Positions 1-14,240 of a stretch of DNA of 64,000 nt are shown here, piece by piece. Every line of letters starts with the position of its first letter. Within the stretch, counting starts at the first letter, position 1. The translations under genes and the position numbers were made by a program. Source of the DNA: the human T2T-CHM13v2.0 reference genome, Homo sapiens; assembly GCF_009914755.1 (NCBI RefSeq), contig NC_060926.1; one strand, given 5' to 3'. The notes below the pieces were generated by a model that saw only the letters and a program-made list of their open reading frames with translations, ran no database searches and was not told the DNA's origin.

Positions 1-1314
1 TCTAATGTCTTTACAAATAAATGAATACTATTTTCTCCAATTTTTCAAAGATATATAATTGAGATAACATGAAGTAGGGGAACAGGGTTGAAGCTAGACA
101 GTAAGGCTTTGAAATAATTCAGAAGAGACCACACATACTGAACTGAATTTATTTGAGCCTGTTCTAACCTTTGGATCTTATCCCTCCCAGAGGAGATAAA
201 GAAATCCATCCACCAGTGCGCACCGAAAACACTGAGTCTACTCTCCGATACACTGTTGTGTTAGGCATTATTTCCTGCTTGCAGTACACACAGCTAGAGC
301 ATTCAATTCATATATGGTGAGCAGTGGCCAGACATTTCATGACTCTCAAAAATTTTTTCTTGTGGAATAATTTAAATGTTAAAATAACTTTAAATATTTT
401 GCTTTTACTTGTTATGCATTCAGTGTTTAATTCAGAACTGTTGTCTATTATCTTTCCAGGCCTTTATATCTCATATCAAATCTCACAATAAACTTCTCAG
501 TGATTTAAAATACTATTTAAATAAAAAGCTTTTCAAAAGGCCTTATTAGAAGCTGAATTGGGTATCTGAAGGAAGGTTTCCCCTCCTGAAGCCAAAGATG
601 TCTATTTAACTGCTGTGGTACCTAGGCCAAGCATATTGACTGATTTACTGTCACAGATAATCCAGTGTTTGCCTAGAAGCCATTTCAGTTTAAGGGCATG
701 TGGTTTGGCAGGCAGCATTGCTTGCAATAATGTAATAAAACAGAAAAAAAATCCATACCTGGTTGTGAAAGAAGAGAGTCTATTTTGCCAGAGGCAGGTG
801 AAATGGGTCTGCGTGATTTAGTGGTAGGTCAGAGCATAGCCGTATGAAAAAATCCACCATTACTTTTATTTCTGAAAATGACCACATTCTTTAGAGTTCC
901 TAAATCCTGTGCACTGTTTAGTAGTAGGAAGTAGGGGGAAGGTTACTAATTTTATTTGTCTTTTGAAGCCATTAGTTTATGATGGTGCTATTACATGGTT
1001 GCTCTGGTCAAAGTTCTTTTGGTGCAACAATCAGAATGTCATGTAAGCTTGCTCAACTCTCATAAAATCAGAGACCAGGGAAAGAGATAGAGGTAGGCTT
1101 CAGATAAGGTAGAACTGGGATAGAGAGTCCACTTCCTATCTCTAGGGATGCCAGCCTTCCTCTTTGCTGCTCCTTCCAGCAAATCAACTCCATTCTTCTC
1201 TTTCAACACACTGGCTTCCTCTGCTGGCCCAGAATCTCAAATCACTGCATTTTCTACTTTGTCCTTTTCTTTATCATAGCTTTTATGTCACAAGTTTCAC
1301 TGCTAAGGAACTGA

Positions 1315-1707
<393 letters not shown>

Positions 1708-1778
1708 GAATTCATCTAAGTTTTGATCAAAGTTTTTGCACAAATCAGACAAGAGAGAGAAATAAAGGGCATCCAATA

Positions 1779-2130
<352 letters not shown>

Positions 2131-3689
2131 TCACTGTTTGCTGATGATATGATCATTTACTCTGAAAACCCTAAAGACTCCTCCAGAAAGCTCCTAAAAT
2201 TGATAAAAGAATTCAGCAAAGTTTCCAGATACAAGATTAATGTACACAAATCAGTAGCTCTTCTGTACGCCAACACCAACCAAATGGAGAATCAAATCAA
2301 GAACTCAACCCTTGTTACAATAGCTGCAAAAAAAAGTAAAATACTTAGGAATATACCTAACCTAGGAGTTGGAAGTCCTCTACAAGGAAAACTACAAAAC
2401 ACTGCTAAAAGAAATCATAGACGACACAAACAAATGGAAACACATCCCATGATCTTGGATGGGTAGAATCAATATTGGGAAAATAACCATACTGCCAGAA
2501 GCAATCTACAAATTCAATGCAATCTCTATCAAAATACCATCATCATTATTTACAGAATTAGATAAAGCAATTCTAAAATTCATATGGAACCACATAGCCA
2601 AAGCAAGACTAAGCAAAAAGAACAAATCTGGAGGCATCATGTTAACGGATTTCAAACTATACTATAAGGCCACAGTCACCAAAACAGCATGGTGCTGGTA
2701 TAAAAATAGACACATAAACTGATGGAACAGAATAGAGAACCAGAAATAAACCCAGTAGTTACAACCAACCGATCTTGGACAAAGCAAATGAAAACATAAA
2801 GTAGGGGAATGACACCCTTTTCAACAAATGGTGCTGGGATAATTGGCTAGCCACATGTAGGAGAATGAAACTGGATCCTTATCTTTCACCTTACACAAAA
2901 ATCAACTCAAGATGGATTAAGGACTTAAACCTAAGACCTGAAACTATAAAAATTCTAGAAGATAACATCAGAAAAACTCTTCTAGACGTTGGCTTAGGCA
3001 AGAATTTCATGACCAAGAACCCAAAAGCAAACACAATAAAAACAAAGATAAATACCTGGGACCTAATTAAATGAAAGAGCTTCTGCACAGCAAAAGGAAC
3101 AGTCAGCCGGGTAAACAGACAACCCACAGAGTGGGAGAAAATCTTTACAATGTATACATCTGACAAAGGACTAATGTCCAGAATCTACAACAAACTCAAA
3201 CAAATCAGTAAGAAAAAAATAAACAATCCCATCAAAAAGTGGGCTAAGAACATGAATAGAAAATTCTCAAAAGAAGATATATACATGTCCAACAAACATA
3301 CGAAAAAACGCTTAAAATCACTAATGATTAGGGAAATGCAAAGCAAAAACCCAATGTGATACCACCTTACTCCTATAAGAATGGCCATAATCAAAAAATA
3401 AACAAACAGATGTTGGTGTGGATGCAGTGATCAAGGAACACTTCTACACTGCTGGTGGGAATGTAAACTAGTACAGCCATTATAGAAATCAGTAAGGAGA
3501 TTCCTTGAAGAACTAATAGAACTACCATTTGATCCAGCAATCCCACTACTGGGTATCTACCCAGAAGAAAAGAAGTCATTACTCAGAAAAGATACTTGCA
3601 CAAGCATGTTTATAGCAGCACAATTCACAACTACAAAATCATGGAACCAACCCAAATGCACATCAATCAACAAGTGGATAAAGAAACTG

Positions 3690-3722
3690 TGATATCTATA
3701 TATCTATATATATATATATATG
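3690..3722. repeat. (TA)n microsatellite inside L1PB
   Basis: atatctatatatctatatatatatatata. Confidence 0.85.
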
Positions 3723-5508
3723 ATGGAATACTACTCAGCCATAAAAAGAATGAATTAACAGCATTTGCAGTGACCTGGATGAGATTAGAGACTATTATTT
3801 TAAGTGAAGTAACTCAGGAATGGAAAACCAAACATCATCTGTTCTCACTGATATGTGGAAGCTAAGCTATGAGGACACAAAGGTATAAGAATGATACAAT
3901 GGACTTTGGGGACTTGGGAGGAAGAGTAGGAGGGGGGTGAGGGATAAAGGACTACAAATATGGTGCAGTGTATACTGCTTAGGTGATGGGTGCACCAGGA
4001 TCTCACAAATCACCACTAAAGAACTTACTCATGTAACCAAATATCTGTACCCTAATAACTCATGGAAAAATAAAAAAATATGTTTTTGCACCAGATAATA
4101 TCATAGGTCCCTTGTCAGCCTATAAATTGGTGCCTCAAATGTGATGTGTCAGGTCACTTGTCATGTGGTCTACCATGCATTCAGCATGGACTATGGACAG
4201 GAAAGGCAACAAGTAGTAGGCATGTCTAATATAATATTAGCTTCTAATTTTATTAAAGTTGGCTATGCCTTCTTTTATTAAAAAGTGTTGAGTGCCTGCT
4301 ATATGCTACTATGCTGAGTTCTCCATGCCACCTTCTGGAAATACAACTGTCCACAAGATGGAAAATCTCTGTTCTTCACTGATTTGGCCTGGCCGCTTCA
4401 TCCTTAGTTTCCCTCAAGCAAATTTATTCAGTGTGTACTTTATTTAGGCTGTATACTCCCACTTCTGAATCTCATAATATTCCATATCCTAAAGACCCCT
4501 GCTTATAGTAATGCATGAAGCCCTACCATTTTTATTATTCCAAAAGCTGTGTAAAGCCTATTCTTTCACAAAGTGTTTTCACTCCATCCTGTATCAAAAC
4601 CACTCGCAATTTCTTACCAGCCCTTCACTTTACCTTTTGGGTATTTATCACCTTAAAATGTTCTTCCTTTAGTCTTTATCCTCTTTCCCTATCTCAGCTT
4701 ACAGAATGCCCCTGGGCTGATTAGAAGACTGTGTTATTGAACAAGTTGAAGCCATAGTATTCTATATAAATGTACATTTGGCTTAAATTATTCCCTGTAA
4801 GTTAGACTTGAAGAAGGATTTAACTTTATTATACACAAATTTGCTTTTCCAGTACGAGACTGTGCAAAGGCATTTCCTGTAGTACAAGAAATTGGCTAAA
4901 TAAATGTGATTCTCTGGTGATTCATTGAGCTGGTAAAAATCCAGGTACACTATTGTTTCTTTCTATAGGTACTTTAGCAAACCAAGTGAATAGCCCACTA
5001 GAGAAAAGTTGTCACTTTCACTGATTCATCAACACTTTTCCCAGCAATCACAGTACCTGCACCATCTGTGTTTAGTACTTTACAAAAAAAAAAAAGAAGA
5101 AGAAGAAAAAAAGGCTCTTTGCAACTGCCGTACAAATCAGGGGCACTAACAAGGTCACACAGACGGGAATTTCAGGACTCCAAGAAGATGTTCTACTGCA
5201 TGGCAGTAAGCAATAACAGCATTATACACAAGTTCTCCAGCATCCCAGGCTGCTCTGCTCCAGCCTAGAGCTGCTTTGGGTCCACTGGGAAATGTGTATT
5301 ATGCCTGGGTTAATTTGCTGATTAATCTCTAGTCAGTGGTTTGTGCTTTCCCCAGATGGCCAATTAAAATTTACAACTGGCAGAACAGTGTCCTGTTGGC
5401 AGGCTGCTGAGGGGCTAAACCTAGAGGCAGTGACAGAAGGCATGGGCCGAGTTTTGCCTTGTTTTGCCCTCCCCTTTTCTTTATTTCTCTCTCTTGCTCT
5501 TTTTTAAG

Positions 5509-5550
5509 CTCTGGATTTATTCAGAGGAAAGTGTAAGCTGGGCTTATGCG
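5509..5550 (+). other. Candidate 42-nt cassette exon (unverified)
   Basis: ~40-nt pyrimidine tract ending ttttttaag|, donor GCG|GTAAGT; length divisible by 3. Confidence 0.3.
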
Positions 5551-6417
5551 GTAAGTGTGAGATGTGGGGTGTAGTTTACAACTCTGCTGCTATTTACTCT
5601 TCAACACTCTCAGGGCCGCTCCAGTATTCCAGGCATCAACGGTTTTACCCACAGCAAATATAGCTGACAAAATCAGCCAGGGGGCACAACTGATTTAACA
5701 GCTTCTGAAATGTAATAGCCTTTTTTTTCCCCCTGATTTGCAGTCCCCGTGGAGTGATGGTCTAATATCATTCACTTCCTCACAAATATATAAAACATTT
5801 ACAGGTGTTTGTGTAAATCAAAGGCAAAGTGCTGTGTGTGAAGCTGATAATAAGTAATGCTGTGATATATATAAAAGATAACATACTTTTACAGCAGTAG
5901 CCCCCCAAATTAACTGCTACTTTTTACTTAGCATTCTATACAAATTGCATTGTATACACATGTGAATAAAACATACAGCAAGGAATTTAATTAAAGAAAT
6001 ACATTTGATATTACTCTTTATTTTATAGTGAAATATTTACCATGTGCTTCAAATACATATGAGTCATCTGGATTGGAAATTTTGAAGGAAATTTAATCGA
6101 CTACCATTGATCTTTACATAAGCCAAACATGGTAATGATGTATGGTATTATGATAGTTTTTTATTTCATTAACTGTTGATAATAGTTGCCAGAAAATAAA
6201 ATAAATACATTTCTTGATACAGAAAAAACATTTTTAAGATGCATGTTACATTATTGATGGTAAAAATAGTTTAGGGGACTCAAGTATAAGTCTCACATTA
6301 AATAAACAGGAAGGGAGGTGGTATTGTGTTAAGTTGCCTTTATGTAAAATGTATAAAATTTTGGATATTTTGGATTCTGTTATTATGAACAGCATATGAT
6401 GCATAATTTACATATTG

Positions 6418-6453
6418 GACATTGAGTCCCTATTAGACATTGAGCCCCTATTA
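6418..6453. repeat. 18-bp tandem duplication
   Basis: gacattgagtccctatta / gacattgagcccctatta. Confidence 0.85.
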
Positions 6454-7394
6454 GATCAAACCTCAAGTTCACACATGGCACTCTGTGAGTCATATTCACT
6501 ATGCCATCTACCACAACAGATATGTAATTGTTAAATTAATTTTTATGAAATAAAATTTAAAAGTATTTAGAGACATGTTAAGTTCCTTATGGACAATGAC
6601 TCTATCTTGTTAAGCTTTGGTCACAGTACCAAGAATACTACCTTGTACATCATATATATAGTGAGCTTTCAAGAAATGTTTGAATATTACATTAAGAAAT
6701 AATCCTTCATCAAATAGGAAAAACTAAATTTACTCCCTGCAAGATTTTCCATGTCAACCTCCATCTAAATGATATCTCTCGGAATATTTTTCAGAAGGGA
6801 GTCTCTCATGTGTTCTGGCCTTGAATAGTACTTGTCCACATGATCATAGGATCCTTTGTGGCAAACATCATGTATCCCAACTTTTTTGATCCTCCACAGT
6901 GTTAGCACCAGTGTATCTGCACAATAAATGTATCTTGAATTGTATTCAAAGTGCTTCCTGTATTGCTGCTATACTTTACAGAAACAACTCAATTTCGTTG
7001 GTAAATCTTTCATACTATGATGCCAAACCTTAACTATGCAGGATTTCAGTTCAACTTTTAAGGGAAGTGGTATAGGCCAAAAGAATTATAAATGGGATAT
7101 CCGCAGACAAGACAGAATATATTTTTTTGTCTAATCACATAGACTACAAATTTCTTTGAGGTTTTACCCATTAAACAAAGCACTTTTATGTAGTATATTT
7201 GTTATTGTGAGATATTTGGCAATACTTAAATCATATTTGTTCTCAGTGGATTTGGGGAGTTTGTATTTAACTAGTAGCTGATGCTCTGACTCACTGGTGA
7301 GATGCTAGGACCCAGATAAGAGGCGATACAGTACTCCTAGTTGGAATTGATCCATGAATCATCATGTCTTAATGGATGGACTGCAAGTTAACTT

Positions 7395-8700
7395 CACATG
7401 TATTTATTAAGCACATATTCTATTCAATGTACTGTGTTAAATACTATTGGGCATCAGATATAGTTCCAAATATCAAGAAGTGTGTGATCTATGAGCCAAA
7501 ATAAGAGAAGGCATAATCTGATTACTGGCAAAGATAGGGTACAAAGACACATGTAGGACGCATATTAGGAAATGACTGATTTTTGTCTGAAAGCATTGGG
7601 AAAGCCTTCCTGGGGGAGGTGAGCCTGATGGAATAAGAAGGGAGAAGGGAAGGGGAATTTCCAGGAAGAGGGAATTGCATGAGCAAAGGTATAAAGGTGG
7701 AAAGATCTTAATTTAGTTTAGGGAGTAAGAATTGACAAAAGGATGATAAGAATGTGTGAGTATGGGTACAAAATGAATCTGGAAAGGTCAATTGGTAAAT
7801 TTGAGGTAGAGAAATTTGAACTGAGTTTTTGATCAAGGCAGAGTCTTCAAATTTGTTAGGCACAGAAGTCATCCTAGTTATATCTTCATTTAACAATTAA
7901 TAAGAGATGTGGAAATCTGGCAGTCGAAAGAGAAGTTGGCACTATTACAATAAATTAAACAAGAGGTATGAGAGTGGCTGACCTAGCCATGATGGTGGGA
8001 ATAAAGAAGATGATGAAGAGCAGAGGTATCTGTGATGCAGAACTGACAAGACAGGATGACGATTAGGACGTTGAGGATAAGGAAGAAGGTAAAGTCAGAG
8101 ATGGTCTCAAGTTTCTAGGCTGGGAGCCAAAATGGGAGGCAATGCCCTTACAAGGAAAAATATGACAATGGAAAGATTATGTTTATAGGGGAAGAGAGTC
8201 CACTGAATTTTTTATTTGTTGATTGTGAGGCATTGACAAAGTATCATTTTTTTTCTATATATAACATATTGTTAGAAATACAGGTCTGCAATTGGAAGTG
8301 AGTTAAAGACTAGTGTTGTGTGCTGGGCGCAGTGGCTCACGCCTGTAATCCCAGCACTTTGGGAGGCCAAAATGGGCAGATCACCTGAGGTTGGGAGTTC
8401 GAGACCAACCTGACCAACACGGAAAAACCCCATCTCCACTAAAAATACACAATTAGCCAGGTGTGGTGGCACATGCCTGTAATCCCAGCTACTCGGGAGG
8501 CTGAGGCAGGAGAATTGCTTGAACCTGGGAGGCAGAGGTTCGGTGAGCCAAGATCACACCATTGCACTCCAGCCTGGGCAATAAGAGCGAAACTCCGTCT
8601 CAAAAAAAAAAAAAAAAAAAAAAAGACTAGTGTTGTGGATTTGTTGGTTACCTGTGTAATGCTGTGTGTAATGTATTAACTGAAGTAATCGGGATGGATA
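7395..8700 (-). mobile_element. L2 LINE relic (interrupted by Alu 8321-8621)
   Basis: tatttattaagcac...tactgtgttaaatact (L2 3' end, reverse), followed by purine-rich L2 body (gagcaaaggt, aagtttctaggctggg). Confidence 0.65.
8321..8621 (+). mobile_element. Alu SINE (AluSp-like)
   Basis: Full Alu with cctgaccaacacggaaaaacc and gggcaataagagcgaaactcc; pure poly-A tail; TSD aaagactagtgttgtg at 8305-8320 and 8622-8637. Confidence 0.97.
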
Positions 8701-11309
8701 ATATTGTCACTGGTCAGCTGACAGTACACACTGGCTTCACCACACAGATTATTAAAGTATTAGATTACTTCTCTATGGAGTGGTAAATATAGCTGTCCCA
8801 AGCTCTCCAACGTAACCTCTCCCTGAACCATCCTGGCACCTCTAGAGAGAACCTGTGACTACTGCAGCAAAAAGACAATTAGAAAGTTAACATCTGCCCA
8901 GCATAAGGCCTCCAGCAAACTAAGGCAATGCTGGGGCTCTGCCTATTCTCAGTGGTTGATGCCATTTTTAAATATAAATTTTTTTGGTCATTCTTACCCA
9001 CAGAAGGACTTTACAGCAAGAATAGAAGCAAGCTGAGGTGTATGCCAGATGACATGACAGGTAGGAAGAAGTGCTCACAAGGGACATAAGCCTTTCTCAT
9101 CTTTGTACCTACTATACTCTTTAAGTTAGTTGCCATGGTGGGACATATAATGAGATAAATTAAAAAGACATTATATAATAGAGTTTTTATTGTGCGATGA
9201 TACAGTTAAATAACAAGATGGCATATGCAAAGATGATCAGTATAAACTTGTAATTCTTTTCTTGTATTTTAATGGGCACACAATTTGGGAAAATGCATTC
9301 ATGTGAGGCAAAGAGTTGTGAATAAAAAATGTTGTATTATACACAAATTTACGAAGTTTTATTCTATATAATCCTGCAGAACTTAACTTATACAATCTTC
9401 TGAACTGAAGGGAATTGAATTTCCCTGAAATTATTATGCCCACTGCAACACACAATGTTTCATTAATATGTCCACATTTTCTTTTTTAAAATTATGCCTA
9501 CATTTGGGAAAACTTAAAGGTACATAATCTAGAAAAATGCAAAACAGGGAGAGCACATTGAGTCCATACCAGAAACAATCGCTTTTGACTACTGGATCAT
9601 GAATATCTTACCTACAAGCTTCACATATCCTTGTGACTATTTTTGAGCAAACTATAAATTCTTAGATCTCAGACTTTTCCCTGATTTTTCTTTTTGTTAG
9701 GTAGAATAGAACGTAACAGATCATTCTAAGGCAGGATTGTTGGAGTTTTCCAGTTGAAAGGTCATGTAGCAAAATCAGTGTGCTAGCTGTAATCTTATCA
9801 TGCCTTTCTCAGCATGGGAGAAATTTAAGTATTCATGATATTGTAATTACACATACTGATCCTGTTTCACTAATGACCTTGGACGAGAGTTAGAAAGGTA
9901 TGTTTTCCCCTCATCACAAGAAAAAAAATTACTTATTCTAATTATTTGCTATTGAATTTATATTATACAATTTTTATAAATAATTTGATCCGACAATTAA
10001 TTGGTCCTACAAATGCCATTCTTTTCTTTCATCATCTACTTTCAGAGAGAACAATTTTGAAGACATATTTCTAAGTTATTGTCCAGTGAATTACAGTGAA
10101 TAAGTCTTACATAAATGATAAAAATGTAAATATTAGATCTATGCCCCAATAAAGAGGTGGGTCAGAATATTGTAAGATATTACAGGGGGCACCCCAGCTT
10201 ATTGTCACTATTTTCATTCTTTTAAATGTACATTCTTAATTGTACACTTAAGCAATGTAGAGTGGGGTGAGCCCATAGCTACTTTTTGCATAAACATATG
10301 TATGATTATTTAATCAAATATCAAATCAACCCTTGCCTGTTTTACAGTGACCCGCAACACTTTCTAGTAAGGATTTTCGAAACTGCCAGTTCAGTACCAA
10401 GCAATATTGGTATATCTACCCCCAGTGCTTTTGGTAGTCAACACAATTTACATTCCTCTCCAGAATGGGCACAGACATACTGAGGCATTTGGTGCATTTA
10501 ATGAGATTTTTACATGAAAATATTTTTATTTTACCTTAATTAGGCAATTAAAATAAAATAATGAACTCTTAACAGCTAGATGGGTCAAACACAAGTTAAA
10601 AGAAGGCCTTTTGCTGTGTTTCATTCTTTTAGTCTAAGATAGTGAATAATAAAATGTGGAACAAATAAAATACTTATTATTAGGACAATGAATTCTTATT
10701 TGAAAATCCAAATGACATGAAACAATTATAACCTTGGTGAAGAAATAGCTACTCATTTGCAAACTCATGTTATATGCCTAAACACTGTACTTTGGGAGAT
10801 GATATAGGGACAGGTAAGTTGTAGGATGGCTGTGTATGAGCTGAGATCCTCCAATGATGCAACTACATGGGACCAAATTAATGTAGGTAATGCCTGAAGA
10901 AGATAAAGGCCATAACTGATGAGACTGCATGACTATATGCAAAATAAACAAATAAGCTAATAAATAAAACCAAAGAGAGACAGAAAGTAGGAAAAGAAAT
11001 AAAAAAGAATGAACAAATGAAAGGAAGAAACAACTTTTAAAATAATTTTTAAGTGTAACATCAAGGCAAAGTTTTCCTTTCTAGAGGGTGAGCAGAACTT
11101 TGAAAATGCAAAGCTATGATGTCTGTCAAAAAGTTCAGGCATATTAACTGTTGCTCAAATTTTAGTGCCTGTTTGCAGAATCTGTGACACTGAGTGTAAG
11201 TGAAAGGGGCAGGTAGAAAGAAGATCCCTTTAAATTAATATATATGCATTATAATGATATATAATGTTTATGCATTATTATTATTCATTTTGTTAGTTAT
11301 GTATAGTTT

Positions 11310-12560
11310 TACTCATTCATTTATTCACTAAATACCTTTATTATCTAACACAGGAAACACATACCATTGAATAAAACAGAAATGCCCCTACTGTCACAGA
11401 GCCTATATTATAGTTGGTAGGGAACAGACCATAAACCAATACATATGAAATAATTATAATGCTTATTAATGCTATGGAGAAAAATATGGCGGAAGTCAGG
11501 TTACGGAATGGCCTAGAAGAAGCATTTCAATTTTAAATAGGAATATCAGGAAAGGTCTCATTAAGATGGTAACTTACAACCAAACACATAAGGCAGGTGA
11601 GGGAGTAGGCTTTATGGGAAGGCAGAGAAGTCCAAGCATGGGCCTGGCATGTTTAAGGAAAAGGAAGAAGTCAGGGTGCTGGCAGTATGATAAGGAAGAA
11701 GTGAAGTAAAAGAAACTGTGGTCTAAGAGGTCAGAGAGGATTTCATGGGGCCTTTTAGACTAGTGAAAGATGAATTTTTTGCATTGTTTCTTTGTTTTTG
11801 TATTTTTGGTTTACTTGGAGATGCTGTTGGAGGTTGTGAGCAAAGTGACAAGGAGACAAGAGCAAAAGTAGGGTCATCTTCTAGGAGGCTATAAAATCCA
11901 AGGCAGAGGCAGTGGTGGTTTGATGATAGTCATAAAAGGAGAAAGATGTGGTTGGCTAATGATCTACTTGAAAGGTGGAGCTGTAAACATGGGCTGATGA
12001 ATTGCATGTGGGTTTCAAGAGAAAGAAAGAAGGCAAAGATTACTCCAAGTCTTGGACCCTGAGTAACTTGAATGGAGTCACTATTTTCCGACATGAGCTG
12101 AGATTGCTAGAGAAGTAGGATTGGAGTGAGAGGTGAAGAGGATTTGAATATATTCAAATTTAAGATATTTTAAGATGTTGAGTAGGTGGCTAAATCTATG
12201 AACTTGGAATTTAAGAAAGACAGGTGGGAATTAGTAACACATATTTGGAAGTAGTGAGTACACAATTGCAATTAAAACCAGCAGATTGGATGAGTTTCAC
12301 CCTTGACATGAGTGGAGATTAAGAAGAGGGAGGTTTGAGGGCTGAGCTTTGAGGGTTTTCAATGCATAGAAGCTGGATAGAAAATGAGGAAAAAAATAAC
12401 AGAAGAAATTGAAAAGTAGTGACCAATGAGGTGGGAAAAAGATCAAGAGGATGTGTTTTAGAAGTTAAGTGAATCAAATACTTTCAGAATGAAGGAGTAA
12501 ACAATCGTATCAAATACTACAGATGTGTCAAGTAAGGATTGAAAATTAATCACAGATCCT
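11310..12560 (-). mobile_element. L2 LINE relic (L2a-like)
   Basis: cattcatttattcact 3' end in reverse, then typical L2 segments (aatgctatggagaaaaat, aaggtctcattaagatggt, tcaaatactacagatgtgtcaagtaagg). Confidence 0.8.
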
Positions 12561-14082
12561 TGTTTTTATGGATACCCTTTGGAATTCCGAACTAGAATAG
12601 AAGCTTCAGTTTTATCTGATGTCATATTAGAACAAAAGCAATAACAAGTTTGTTCAGTACACTTTCCATCTGCAACACAGCGATCAGAATGACTAGCTGA
12701 TGTGAACCTGAGTAAATTTTCACCTGCACAAAAAAGAAAATGAAGAGTCCTTCCTATAGGACAATGATACAAAGAGAATCTGAAGGTTCATGGTTTTCTA
12801 TTAATAATTTGAAATGCAGTCTCATTTTTTCAAAGGTTGCTATTCTGCATAATTTAATGATAATGTGAGGAAATGAAAAGGCCCCAAGAGAAGTTGTCAT
12901 ATACTTGGGAAGTACCATAGATTCATACCACGTTAGGAAGTTCTTCGATCACAGGGCAGCTTGAGCTGCACCTTTGGATCCACTTCTTACTTGAGCCATG
13001 TTGCAAGGGGAGGCGTGTACTAGGAAACATCCCAAGGGGGCTCTGGGGACGAAGGGTCTGCCTACTAGGTCTCAAGGGCATCTTTATGGAAAAAGAAATT
13101 CTAGCGTTGGGTAGTGAAATTTGTGAGACTTCATGTTCTATTTTTATAATGATTTTTCATAAATAAGCAAAAACATGTTTCTGTGAGGAAGAGAAGCAAA
13201 GGTTAGTGACTACAAGCAAAAACAATGGTTTGGTAAGAATTTTAGATGTATCTCAAAGAAAATAAAGTCATTTTTGCAGCAGTTTCAAAAACTTACCAAC
13301 TGTGGGAAAAAAATTTGTATAACAAATGCATTACATACAACAGTATCTAAATGTAATAAAAGTGAAGCAATCACTCACTTGGTAAATATTTTTATTGGGG
13401 ATCTACTATATTCTAGATCATTTTGCTAGCACACAGAATACATGCTTTCAGAAGATTTATAATGAGAGTTCCCATTAAACTTAGTTTCATTTCATACGTC
13501 AAGGAACATTATCTGTCTACAGCAGACTGCGTGTTTGGTGAGGCATTGCCACATTCACAAGAATCTCTGTCCCTGTGATAAACTGGAATATAACGCTGAT
13601 TCCTAAAGCCTGGAGCTGAGAAAGAGTTTTACCTCTCTTCCACACAAAGCACAGGACTTTCCTGCCAGAAGAAGACAGCAAGCGGCTCTGCAGAACAGGC
13701 TTTGCCTAACTCGCCCACTTGACTGCACAAATGGAGAAAGTGGGAGAGTGAGTGTTCATGGCAGGAAGAAGAGAGAGGATACTGTACAGACACTGACCTT
13801 TAAGGCACATTAACGCTCACGTAACAAGTCGCCCAGTTAATGTCCTGGGCTCTGAACAACCAGATTAACAGCTCTTCCTCCCTGGTCGGGGGATGAGGAG
13901 ACCAGCCAAAGCCCTCTTTCCAAAGACCTTAGTTTTCTCATATATATAATGAAGCAGTTATTATGAAATTCTCAGATACCATCCAGCCTAAAATTCCACG
14001 TGGCATAAAAACAGAATTTTGAAGATAATATGTACATTAACACTTTTAAATCCTGCATTTTAAAAGGATTGGCATATATTTG

Positions 14083-14240
14083 CTTCTCAAGCTGTGGTGG
14101 GTAGAATCAGCTTCAGCTGGAAATTGTTAGAAATAGAGTCTTCAGGACTTACCCCTGGTGAACCGAACCAGGATCTGCATTTTAACATGAGTCCCATTTT
14201 ATATGCACATCTAAGGCCACATTCAGACCAATCTTTGAGT
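14083..14240 (+). mobile_element. MER5A1-like hAT-Charlie DNA transposon relic
   Basis: ttctcaa...ctggaaattgttagaaat...atctgcattttaaca...atgcacat. Confidence 0.7.

Noticed and set aside
2149-3865. Series of RT-like ORFs
   Set aside because: Frameshifted fragments of L1PB ORF2, not a functional gene or novel RT system
6060-6492. Two AP-1 TGAGTCA sites
   Set aside because: A 7-mer is expected several times by chance in 64 kb
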